A stretch of 64,000 nt of DNA from Azolla caroliniana. Lineage: Eukaryota; Plantae; Polypodiophyta. This document shows positions 36,980 to 49,191 of this stretch, piece by piece. The notes beneath the pieces are model-generated. The model did not search any database, was not told the DNA's origin, and was given only the letters and a program-made list of their open reading frames with translations. Positions within the stretch are counted from its first letter, which is position 1. Each line of letters begins with the position of its first letter. A program made the translations under genes and the position numbers. The stretch is from positions 11,036,001 through 11,100,000 of the forward strand of contig JBHGNT010000012.1 of assembly GCA_043228905.1 (NCBI GenBank), written 5' to 3'.

Positions 36980-39900
36980 GTCCAGCCAAAATAGGAGCCG
37001 TTTGGTTGGACAGCCCTAGATCTGTGCAGCCCATTAGTGGTTCCATTCCCTCTAAGCAAGTTAGTGATGTGTTCGTAGCCCAAGTAGCAGTTAGTACTAA
37101 AAGTACCCCTCCAGTACATACCTTAGCCCTTCTAGATTCCGGAGCTAATTCTTGCTTCATGGATAGGAATTTTGCCCGAGCTCATCAGATATCTCTCAGA
37201 AAGCTCCCATGTCCAGCCTCAGTAATAGTCATTGATGGTCGTCCCATTGCTTCTGGTAATATCATAGAAGAGTCGGAACCCGTTAATATTGTCCTAGATA
37301 ACTTAACATGTGTAGTATCATTTAATATTATTAGTATTCCAGAACATCCCATAGTTTTAGGATTACCATGGTTCGAGTTACATAACCCAGACATAGATTG
37401 GAGGACAAGGGAAATCCGGTTGCGACAAACCCGAGGATCTACCCAGAAGGTTGCAACCATTTCGCTATGTCAGTTGCGTGAGGAAGGGCGCAAGGAGGAA
37501 ATGTTTCTCTTCGCAATATCAGTACAACCCTCCAGCACCACCAAAGAGGAGTCCACCGTTCAACTTCCCGAGAAGTATCGTCAGTATGCTGATGTGTTCG
37601 ATAAAGTACAAGCCAACACACTTCCTCATCATCGGCCGTACGATTGCGCCATCGACTTACAACCGGGAAAAGAGCCGCCATGGGGACCGATCTACAATTT
37701 GTCACCAACCGAGCTAGAAGTCCTTCGAGCCTATATAGAGGAGAATTTGGAGAACGGTTTCATTCGGCATTCGAAATCTCCAGCCGGCGCACCCATTTTC
37801 TTCGTCAAGAAAAAAGATGGCTCGCTTCGACTCGTTGTAGATTACCGTGGCTTGAATAAGGTCACAGTAAGAAATAGGTATGCTCTTCCCCTTATCTCAA
37901 GTCTTTTAGAACGGATCAACGGTGCCAGGTTCTTCACGAAGATCGACTTACGAGGAGCCTATAACCTCGTACGGATCCGACCAGGAGATGAATGGAAGAC
38001 CGCGTTTCGCACCAGATATGGGCACTTCGAGTATACGGTCATGCCGTTCGGACTCACTAATGCGCCGGCAGTCTTCCAGCACATGGCGAATGATATATTT
38101 CGAGATCTCTTGGATGATTTTTTGATCATCTATTTGGATGATCTACTGGTTTATTCAAAGACCCAAGAAGAACATGATTCTCATGTACTATTAGTACTAA
38201 AACGGCTTCGAGAACATGGTCTGTATGCAAAGTTAGAGAAATGTAGTTTCGGGTGCAACCAAGTGGAATTTCTCGGCTATGTCATCTCCTCAGAAGGCAT
38301 ATCCATGGACCCAGCCAAGGTCAAAACGGTGATAGAATGGCACACTCCGCGTTCGGTGCGGGATGTGCAATGCTTCCTAGGCTTTGCAAATTTTTACCGG
38401 AAGTTCATACAAAATTACTCAAAAATTGTGCTGCCTCTCACACAGCTCACCAGGAAGGGACAATCATTCATTTGGTCTAAAGAGACGGACATGGCTTTCG
38501 AGAGTCTTAAGAAGGCGTTTACATCAGCTCCAATTTTAGGTCATGTGGATCCGGAAAAACCATTCATTATCGAAGCTGACGCATCGGATTTCGCATTGGG
38601 GAGCATTCTGTCACAACAGGGTAACGACGAGAAGCTACATCCTGTGGCTTTCCACTCCCGTAAGTTTGACGCCGCCGAAATCAACTACGAAATTCATGAT
38701 AAAGAGCTATTAGCAATAGTTGATTCTTTTATGCAATGGAGGCATTTCCTGGAGGGATCTCCTCATCAGGTCACTGTATTCAGTGACCACAAGAACCTTG
38801 CCTACTTTCAAGATGCTCGTGTACTGAATCGACGTCAAGCTCGGTGGGCCCCGTATGCGACAATTTGTCGAAGATTTTGTTCGGACTTGCGATACATGCT
38901 GCAGAGCGAAAATGCCAAGACATCATCCATATGGTTTATTAGAACCATTACCAATTCCAAGCAAGCCATGGCAATCCATTGCTCTTGACTTCATTACAGA
39001 TCTTCCAGTCTCTAAGGGATTCAGTGCGATTCTCACAGTGGTGGATCGATATACGAAGATGGCTCATTTCTTACCATGTACTAAAGAAATATCTAGTGAA
39101 GACACCGCCGAAATTGTCATGCGGGAAGTATGTCGGCATCATGGACTCCCTGATAATATCATCAGCGATCGTGGACCCCAGTTTGTGTCAAAATTCTGGA
39201 AGCACCTTTTTAAAATGCTGAAGGTCACTTGTAACCTCTCCTCCGGCTACCACCCACAAACCGACGGTCAAGCCGAACGAACAAACCAAACACTGGAGCA
39301 GTATCTGCGGTGCTTTCTCAACTATCATCAGAATGACTGGGCAGATATTCTTCAGTTCGCCGAATTTGCCTATAATAACGCTATCCACGCATCGACTAAA
39401 GTCACGCCATTCTACGCTTATACGGGATATCATCCCCGGTGGTGTGTCCTTGAAACCCCAGAAGTGTCCACAAATCCTTGCGCGGAGGATCGTTTGGAGC
39501 GGTTACGCAAGATACAAGCGGATTTATCTACTCAACTCCAGCAAGCCCAACAATCACACAAGGACTACGCAGATCGTCATCGACTTCCATCCAGTTTTAA
39601 CATTGGAGATCGGGTGTGGCTGCTACGACGACACATCAACACTACTCGCCCATGTGAGAAGTTGGATTATCGGCGATTAGGTCCTTTCCGTATTATCGGG
39701 AAGATTAATGATGTCGCTTTTCGTCTCGAGCTACCTCCGCAACTTCGGATACATCCGGTGTTTCATAGTTCTCTCCTCGAACCCTATCACGAGAGCACTA
39801 TCCCAGGACGTACTATACAACCACCACCTCCTATCGAGCTCGAAGATGGACCTGAGTATGAGGTCGCTGCCATCCTCGATTCCAAGATTGTTCGCAACAA

Positions 39901-40084
39901 GCTCTACTATCTAGTCGATTGGCTAGGATATAGTCCCAGCGAGCGTACTTGGGAACCGATCGAGAATGTGACCAATGCTCGTGCTCTTCTAGAAGACTTC
40001 CATCGACGATACCCCGAGAAACCGGGTCCTCAATCCAAAACGACTCGTGGAACTCGTCGTTTTAAAGGGGGGATAGTGTCATAA
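36967..40084 (+). pseudogene. pol: Chromovirus pol (PR-RT-RH-INT-chromodomain) in the -1 frame, with an internal deletion/frameshift at ~38852
   Basis: ALLDSGA, YLDDLL, EADASD, DKELLAI and RQARWA, then a jump to MRQFVEDFVRTCDTCCR, DFITDL, SDRGPQF, GPF and YEVAAILDSK...WEP. Confidence 0.9.
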
Positions 40085-40366
40085 CTAGACTCGAACCCAT
40101 AACCTTTTGTTACACGGGTCGAGACTTTACCATTAGGTTATGAATTGTAATTTGAAGGATATTATTTTCATTTAGGTTTTATTGGGAAATTGATGTATAT
40201 TCCAGATTTCTCTGGAACATTCTAGAAACTTCAGGAGTATTCCTGAAGACACTATAAAAGGAGGCGCAAGGCATTAGTTCGAACCAAATCGGTTCAACGC
40301 CAGTCTTAAGCCTTCTAACTACTGTTGTATATCTTCCTTCATATAATACATATATCTTTCGCATCA

Positions 40367-40402
<36 letters not shown>

Positions 40403-43398
40403 ACTCATTCCTTCTCTCAAAGTTCGACACCTCTCATAGTACTAATCCTTCTCTGTCTTAGTACTATTCCCCAACAATAGTACTAATCCTTCTTTTAGTA
40501 CTAATTCCTTCTCTGCCTTAATAGAGTTCCTGACAGCTAATTTGAAGGATATTATTTTCATTTAGGTTTTATTGGGAAATTGATGTATATTCCAGATTTC
40601 TCTGGAACATTCTAGAAACTTCAGGAGTATTCCTGAAGACACTATAAAAGGAGGCGCAAGGCATTAGTTCGAACCAAATCGGTTCAACGCCAGTCTTAAG
40701 CCTTCTAACTACTGTTGTATATCTTCCTTCATATAATACATATATCTTTCGCATCATCATTCTCTCTCTCTCTCTCTCTCTCTCTCACTCACTCATTCCT
40801 TCTCTCAAAGTTCGACACCTCTCATAGTACTAATCCTTCTCTGTCTTAGTACTATTCCCCAACAATAGTACTAATCCTTCTTTTAGTACTAATTCCTTCT
40901 CTGCCTTAATAGAGTTCCTGACAGAGAGAGCTCTGGGGGATAATCATTGCTATCAAGATGGATAGGGACTATCTGGTTGGTGCCGAGGTGATTGTGGAGA
41001 CAGATTGCTTGCCAATTCTGGGATTATTGCAAATTGCAATATTCCAGACCAAGCAATGCTTAGGTGGTGTATCTACATCAAAACCATCAACCCATATGTT
41101 CGACATATATCTGGTGAGAAGAATGCAATGGCTGATATGTTATCCAGAGCAAAATATGAAAAAGAAGAAGTGGCAGAATCAGATAGCGACGAAGAAGAAT
41201 CAGCTTTGGTCATAAATGCAATTAGAGGGGGTGAGCCACATGAAGAACATGAGTTTAAAGAAGAAGAGTATAATGAAGAGTTTAAGGAAATCGGGAAGTA
41301 TCTACAAGCACCATGGAAGGAAGGAACTTGGATAAGCCACGCCTATGGTGGCTAAAGGAGGGGAGGAGAAGGAAAAGCGAGTGAAGAAGCTCGCGTGGGT
41401 ATGGGATGCAGAGCTCGCCAAAGAAGATGGTGGCCTGCATAAATCAAGACAAGAGTTAAAGAAAAGAAAGGGGACGCAAGAAAAGGAAGAAGTTAAAGTG
41501 GTGTATCTCAAACTCCTCTTTGTAAACAAAAGGTTGTGAGTTCGAATCCTCTTCAAATAATTTCTTTAGGTAATCAAATTTTGTAATATAAATTTAGTAT
41601 ATATAAAGTGAAAGAGAAAGACAAATAAATAGAAATCAGAGAGATTGAAGTGGTCTATCTCAAACGCTTCTTCTCAAATAGAGTTTTTGAGTTCAAGTCT
41701 TGCCAAGTAACTTTTGGCAAATAAATATTGTAAGTGGTTGTTTTACAAGTAAAATTCTTTTCGCGACAACGTCGTATTTATCTTGCCTTATTGGCTTCTT
41801 GTCATCGCACTGTTTGCGATTACGCGTTTTCACCCCGATCATCCCCGAGTCACAGAACCCCGGCGGTTGCGACACACAACCACAATCTTCGCGACAACGG
41901 CGTCATGGAGGCGGTCTCGTTCGACGACACTCTCAGAGAGATGGAGAGGATAGTCGTTTCGGGCCTCAATGAAGACAAGGTAATTCCAGTCAACTTAGTT
42001 GACATGTACAAATCCATCGAAGAGCTTGGGCGGTTGATTGAGGAAGCGAGGACGGTCAAGGTGCAAACAAAGTACAAGACCGTGGACAAGAAGGTGAAGC
42101 ATGTGGCGGCCCCATTGCCTAACGATAGTTGGGATCAGATAAAGGGGGTAGTGGTTGATCCTAGCTTTCGGGACCCACGAGGCATAGGGCACCGGTTCAT
42201 TGACGAGACGCGACAGAAGATCCGGATTGGTGGGGGTGGCTTCCTATTTCCTAGGGAGGAGGAAAGATTTAGATGGATGATCGAAATCCATGGAAGGGCT
42301 TTCGCCTTCTCTTCGGGTGAGATAGGGTGCGTAAACCCTAAGATCGTGGAACCAATGGTGATCTTTACGTTGCTGCATGTACCGTGGAACATCAAACCAA
42401 TCCCGGTTTTGAGAGCTCACATCCCGAAGTTGATTGAGCTACTCAAGGAAAAGATCGAGATGGGTATCCTCAAGCCATCAAGCGCCCCATGCTTGAATCG
42501 GTGGTTCACTATGCCAAAGAAGAACGGTACCTTACGCTTCATCCATGACCTACAACCTGTTAATCAAGTGACAATTTGAAATGCAGGGGTTAGGCCGAGC
42601 GTTGACGAATTCGCCGAGGTCTTCGCTGGAAGGTCTATTTTTTCGATCGGTGATCTATACTTGAGGTATGATCAATTGCAACTAGCTATGGAGAGTAGGG
42701 ACATCATGACGATGCGGACCCCTATCGGCCTAGTGCGAATGTGTACCTTGCCACAAGGAGGCACTAACTCTGTAGCCCACATGGTAAATGCATGAACAAG
42801 GTATTGAGAGATTGCATCCCCGACATCACCATGACATTCCTCGATGACATCCCCATAAAAGGGTGCTCTGAGGCGGAGAAAGATGAAACCTTGGACGAGG
42901 ATGGGTGCAAACGTTTTGTGGCATATCACATCTCCAATTGCGAGAAGGTTCTACAAAGACTCGAAGATGCACACTTGACCTTCTCGGGTGAGAAATCAAC
43001 ATTTGGCCAACCAGAGATTCTTGTGGTGGGACACTTGTGCAGGGTGTACGGACGGAAGCCATCCCTGGAAAAGGTGGACGCCATCACAGACATGAGGGAA
43101 GAATGTAAATCGCAAATAGAGGTGAGGTGATTTCTTGGTGCTTGTGCATTCTACCACATCTGGATCCCACACTATGCTCACCTAGCTGAGCCCTTGTATG
43201 GGCTACTCAAGAAGGGGTGGAAGTTCAAGTGGGAGGAAGAGCACACAGAGGCAATGAAGAGGCTCAAAGGAATGTTGGTAGCGGCACCAACTTTATGAAA
43301 ACCCATATACAAGGAAGGGGTGCCCATCTACGTGACGGTAGATGCGAATTCAACAGGGATTGGATGGGTCATCAACCAAGAAGGAGAGGATGGGTCGT

Positions 43399-43686
43399 GT
43401 TGTACCTGGTGTTGGCACGCTCGCTACAAGAGTTGACCCACCACAAGACAGAGTCTCGAAGTAGTCAACAAGATGATGAAATGAGGGTAGCTAGGCCTCT
43501 TATTTATAGTGATACCCAAGGCCCCCAGGCAAGTTCACACTTGGCCTAATGGGTTGTCTCAATCCCGAGGATTAAAAGTAATCCTCTCCTTCTTTACACT
43601 CTCATTTAACCCTCACACTTATCCACGTGTATAGAATACTATAGTAAATTCTCAACACGGGATATTATATGGTCATGCCCGTAACA
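43399..43686 (-). mobile_element. Inverted LTR fragment of the 14069/22176 family
   Basis: The reverse complement begins tgttacgggcatgacc and matches the first ~290 bp of those LTRs. Confidence 0.8.
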
Positions 43687-44567
43687 CTACCAATGCATAC
43701 TTTTTGCTCTCCAATTCACGTAGTAGCTGGTGTTATCGACTGAAGTGTTGTTGCAGTTCAGTGTGCTCATTTTGGATAACTAGGAGTTGGTCATTTGTTA
43801 TTGCGGAACCCATTGATATCTCATTGATCTTGGCAACTGATATCTCGTTGGTGGTCTTAAGAGCAATCATGCCTTGTGCTTCCATATCATGGCAGCGGCT
43901 TCGTCGTTGGCGACCTGAAGAGCTGTCACGGCTTTCACTTCCATTTGTTGGAGGGTTTTCATATACTCGGCCGTTCGTGCGTCGAGTTGGTGCTGTAGTT
44001 CGGCTTCTCGTTTTAGAGCCTCCTCGAGGATGCGATTGATTTCCTCCTTGGCCTCCTGGTACCGTTCTTTGGCCTTCTCGGCAATCACCATTTGGGCTGT
44101 AAGTTCTTCTTCATAGTGTGGTGGCGACACCATTGCCGTGACGGGAGGTAGGAATGTGTCATGTTAGGTAGTGGTGACCGGTTCGGGTGTCTCCTCGGTG
44201 TATGTGTAAGCATCCACCTGACTAGTGTGTGGAGTGCGAGAGGGTCATTTTGCCCCACGTTTTCGATTTCTTGGAGCTTTCCTTCGAGCTCGGCTATTTG
44301 GTTTTTCGAAGCCTGCCATAGCTCTGTCGCCATCTTAGCTTGCATGCATGCCTCTTTGCTACATCTAGCCATATCCTTGGCCTGCGGGTTTTTTTGTCCA
44401 AGTCTCGGAAGGCTTCCACTAAAGCCGTGTTTAGCTCGGGTAGCTCGATGAGGAGGCGACTGCTCTTGTTCTGCCATTTTTCGGTCGATTTTCTACAACA
44501 CGGGCTCTTCGTCCGACTCGAGTTCTCTTGCAAGAGCTCGTTGGACCATCTATTTCTTTGCATGTTC

Positions 44568-46696
44568 TTGTTGGGATACAGGTCCCTCCGGATGGGTTCT
44601 GGATGAGAACCAGATGAGCTGAAGGAAGGAACCGGATCGAATGGATCCGGTATGAACCAACAAATAGGAACATATTAGTAAATATGTTCAAACATGATTG
44701 TAAATAGTCCCAAAGTTATATAAGTATAAATATAACTAGGGAAACATTGTTATGTGTGTAGTAGTTATTATCGTTGTACAAAGCGTGAGAGATAGAGAGA
44801 TACAGAAAGTTTATTTCTGTTGTAACCGCATGTTGGTGAAGATATAGAGCTTGAGGTCGTTGCCTCTGAGTCTCATTCTGGTGTATCCCATCTCTATAGT
44901 GATTCCTTGATAAGGGTTTCCACGTTAACATCATGTGTCGACCCATTTTGTATGTAAGTGTGTTGATCTTATTTTTGTTCTGATTCTTACAGTGGGATTA
45001 AGACTCAGTTGTGGCCGAGCAGAGTTTTCTTCAAACTGGTATCACGTCGAAGTTCTAAACTTCAAACAAAGAAAGAAGATGGAAGAGTCATTCGGTAGCA
45101 TGTGCAAGCTCACTAGCTCCAACTACCCAGTGTGGAAGTAGAAGATGAGATCTTTGGTTGCCCGTACAGTTTGGTGAGAAAAGACCGGACAAGATCGATG
45201 TCATGACCTGGGAAGTAATGCACATGAAGACGACGACATACATTTGGTCCGTCATCAACATGAGCTTGTAAAAAACCTTTAATTAAGAGAACAAGGCCAA
45301 TGAGCTATGGGAGAAGATCGGCATGATGCTGGAGAACAAGAACATCATAAATCGGGTCTCGGTATTCTAGAAGATAGTGAGGCTTTGGTATCAAAACGAC
45401 ACCCGCATGGTAGAGCATATCACACCTTCTACGGGCTGATAAACCAGACTATCTCGCTCAAAGTACCGCTAACCGACGAGGTACTGACATTGTTATTGTT
45501 CGAGTCCCTCCTAGATAGCTGGGAGACATTGGTTGTCACTCTGGGCAATGCCGGACCGGAAGGAAAGAACTTATCTCTGGAGAGAGTGAAATCAAGCTTG
45601 CTAAATGAAGAAGCTCGCCGGAAGGACCGGGAGTCTAGAAGCGATCCGAAGGCCTTGGTTACAGAAGACGACCATAACCGGGGAAGGGGCAGGAGTCGGA
45701 GTTCTCAGAACCGGGACAAATTGGGGACGAGGTCGAAGTCAAAGGGGATGCCCACTTGCTTTTATTGTGGAAATTCGGGGCACTTCCAGAAGAATTGCTG
45801 ACACTTCCAGAAAGCCAAAGGGGGAGCCAACATTTCGGCACCGAAGAAGAGTTTGGAAAGGAGAGGAACGTCGGCAATCGCGAAAAGTGAAGAAGAGTTG
45901 TTGCTGATCACTAGGAGAGTGAGTTGCATCTTGTTAGTGATGAAATGACGTGGGTGGCCGACTCCAACGCGTCGTTTTATCTGACCCCCAACCGGAAGTG
46001 CTTTTGATCCTACAGAGCCGGAGATCATGGTTGTGTCCAAATGGGGAATGAAAGTGCATGCCGAATTGTCAGCATAGGAGATGTGTTTCTCATGACGTCA
46101 ACTAGGTGCAAGTTGCTACTGAAAGATGTCCGAGGTGTTCCCGAGGTTTGGTTGAACCTTACATGGGTAACATCTGGAACAGAGTCATGAAGTTCAGCAA
46201 AGGAAGCTTGATCGTAGCCCGAGGCCGGAAGATCAACACTTTGTACCTTATGCATGGCCGGATTTGATGGGAAGAAATGGATGTGGTATCCCACACTCCA
46301 GGTGAGTTGGGGCACAAGAGGTTGTGTCACATGAGCCAGAATAGAATGTGGAGACTTGCCGAAGATAACCTTTCCGAAGGTGAAAGACTTGCAGCTTGAG
46401 AAGTGCACCGATTGTTTGACGGAAAGAAAAACCGAACCTCTTTTTGAACCTGACCACCATTGAGAAGGAATGCACCACTGGAACTTGTGCATACCGATGT
46501 ATGGCAAGTGGACATGAAGTCACATGCTGGGCCGCAGTACTTCATGACGTTCATAGTTGACCACAATCGGAAGTTGTGGGTCTCACCACTGAAGATGAAG
46601 GATCAGGTACTATCCATCTTCAAAGAATTCTACGTGAGAGTGGAAAGAGAATCTGGTTGGAAGCTGAAGGCGGTTCAAGCAAACAACGGAGAAAAA
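44568..46696 (+). mobile_element. 5' part of a degenerate Copia (LTR, PBS, gag, PR, INT)
   Basis: LTR tgttgggatac... to ~45033. PBS tggtatca at 45037. gag MCKLTSSNYPVWK, CFYCGNSGHFQKNC. Integrase LELVHTDVW. Confidence 0.85.
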
Positions 46697-49191
46697 TGAA
46701 GAGAATTGCGCAGAATATTGCTCGGCACAACTGAGCCTTGAATCACTTCAATGAGAATGAAACACAAAAATAGGAAATAGAGAGTACATAGGATGTTTAC
46801 GTGGAAAACCCTAATAGGGAAAAACCATGGGAGCCCACAGACTCCGAACTATCACTATATGAGAAAGGTACAATCAGAGACTCTGAGGTGACGACCTCGA
46901 GCTTTGTTTCTTCGCCAAGCGATGTTTACAACAGAGACCGTTTTGTATCTCACTCTCTGTCTATCAATTGCTCTATACAACAGTTATACATGCAACAATA
47001 TGACAACATTCATAACACTTTAGAGTGATTGCCCTAAGTCGTATTTATACTTCTATCAACTTAGGGATATTTACAAATATAGCCTCAATAGGCTTACTCA
47101 AAACATATTTACAAATATGTCTTCTCTTCCGGTTCTCACCGGGTCCATCTGATCCGGTTTCCGGATCTCTTCCGGTTCTCACTGGGTCCTCTTCATTCAT
47201 AACCGGATCCCATCCGAAAGGATCGATTTCCCAACAATCTCCCCCTTCACTCCGGCATGGGATGTCTCGCAAGCCCGATCCGCTTTTGGCACGCATCCAG
47301 CTTGTTGGTTGTCAACACCTTGGTCAGCATATCTGACCCCTTCTCCTCCGTGTGGATCTTGGTCAACACGAACTCCTGATCTTCTAATCTTTCCCAGATC
47401 CAGTGGTAGTCCGCTGGATATATTTTCTCCAGGAGTGGTAGGCCACGTTCTTTGCAAGGTGGATGGCACTTTGACTATCACAATAGAGCCGATATTCCTC
47501 TTGTTGGATACCTAGCTCTTCGATGAAGTTCTTCATCTAGATTATCTCCTTGCCGGCTTCTACAGCTGCCATGTACTCCGCTTCCGTGGTTGACAACGCA
47601 ACTGTCTTCTGCAGCCTCAACTGCCATGAAACAGCTCCCCCTGCATAAGTCATGACATATACGGATGTCGACCGGTTGGTATCCACATCAGCTGACATAT
47701 CCGAATCCGTGAACCCGTCAAGTTGGGGATTACCAGAGCTGAATCAGAGACACATGCACGACATGCCTTTCAAATACCAAACTATCCACTTGACCGCGTT
47801 CTAGTGCTCTCTTCTAGGATTGCTCATGAACCGGCTCACCACTTCGACAACATATCCGATATCTGGCCAGGTACATACCATCGCATACATCAAGCTTCCG
47901 ACAGTAGAGGCATATGGAATCTTCATCATATCTGTCTTCTCCGCCTTTGTCCTCGGGCTTTGTTTTCCAGATAGCTTGTAGTTTTGCCGGAAGTGTCGAT
48001 TCGACCGGCTTCGCCTCGACATGTTGAACCGTTGAAGCACCTTTGTCACGTACTTCTCCTGTGACAACCACAACAGCTTCTTCGACCGGTCCCGGATGAT
48101 GTGCATTTCCAATATCTGTCTTGCTAGACCCAAGTCTTTCATTGAGAAGGTCCGGTTCAGAGCGTTCTTCAACATCTGAATCTTGCATTGGTCTCGTTCG
48201 ATGATCATCATATCATCCACATATAGGAGGAGTATCAGGAAATCTCCTCAGTCGAATTTCTTCACAAACATGCAATGATCGGCCTGTGTCTTGTGGTACC
48301 CTTGGTCGTTCATGAAGGAGTCAAACTTCCGGTACCATTGCCGGGGGCTTGCTTCAATCCGTATTCTTTAGCCGGCACACCAGGTACTCCTTCCATTTCT
48401 TCTCAAATCCTTCCGGTTGATGCATGTAGATCTCCTCTTCGAGGTCACCATGGAGAAATGCCGTCTTGATGTCCAATTGCTCTACCTCGAGGTCCATGCT
48501 TGCCGCTATGCCCAATACCGTCCGGATGGATGTCATCTTTACTACTGGGGCAAAGATCTCATCGAAGTCCACTTTTTTGTTCTGTTGGAAGCCCTTCACC
48601 ACGATTTGGGCCTTATACCTTGGTGGATTTTTGGCATCTCCCGATTTTAGCTTGTACACCCACTTGTTTCGGAGTGCTCTCTTCCCTTTCGGCAACTTCG
48701 TTAGTTCATACGGTGTGGTTCTCATGCAGGGAATCCATCTCATCTTGCATGGCACTCAACCACTTGCAACTGTGGGTGTCTCTTTTGCTTCTCAGAAGCT
48801 TTCCAACTCCCCCTTATCGGTTAGTAACACATGCTTTGCATTCAGAAATCTCCGGGGGGTTCTTCTCTCTCAGAGAGGATATCTTCGTCCTTGGTTTCTA
48901 ACTACCGGTTCCTCCATTTGTTCCTCATCCTCATCCGATTCGAGATCTTGTCTAGTTCCGGTGTCTTCTTCTTCTTCTTCGGTCGGTTCGGTTTTGTCAT
49001 GATATGGCAAGACTCGAGCCCATGAACATGCTTTGCATCCAGAAATCTCCGGGGGGTTCTTCTCTCTCAGAGAGGATATCTTCGTCCTTGGTTTCTAACT
49101 ATCGGTTCCTCCATTTGTTCCTCATCCTCATCCGATTCGAGATCTTGTCTAGTTCCGGTGTCTTCTTCTTCTTCTTCGGTCGGGTCAGTTT
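46697..49191 (-). mobile_element. 3' part of a Copia (RT, RNase H, PPT, 3' LTR)
   Basis: NKWVYKLK, QLDIKTAFLHG, LLYVDDM, YCDSQSAIHL. PPT aagggggagat at 47247-47237. LTR 47236-46697. Confidence 0.88.

Larger units (their letters stand above)
35256..40923 (+). mobile_element. Very young Tcn1-like chromovirus with an extra partial 3' LTR
   Basis: LTRs 35256-35714 and 40077-40535 (one visible SNP). Partial third LTR at 40538-40923. TSD gagag/gagag, and removing the element restores host VKRELW. PPT aaaggggggatag. Confidence 0.96.
33053..41896. mobile_element. Rearranged nested Gypsy of the same lineage: inverted INT-PPT, then RT-RH, then LTR 3' part
   Basis: Termini tgtcgtgaag...cttcgcgaca. TSD gcgg/acgg. 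Minus-strand integrase at 33232-33800. Plus-strand RT/RH at 33800-35255 and 40929-41343. Confidence 0.8.
30546..43396 (+). mobile_element. Host Gypsy of the tRNA-Trp-primed lineage, split by the nested insertion at 33053-41896
   Basis: LTR 3' end acgaca at 30643. PBS tggggaacccgatgtgaa at 30649-30666. gag 30690-32100 (CMWCDNPDHLRREC). Protease VALIDHGFEINLM. pol runs 32832-33052 and resumes in frame at 41901 (GGTNSVAH, FLDDIPIKG). Confidence 0.88.
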
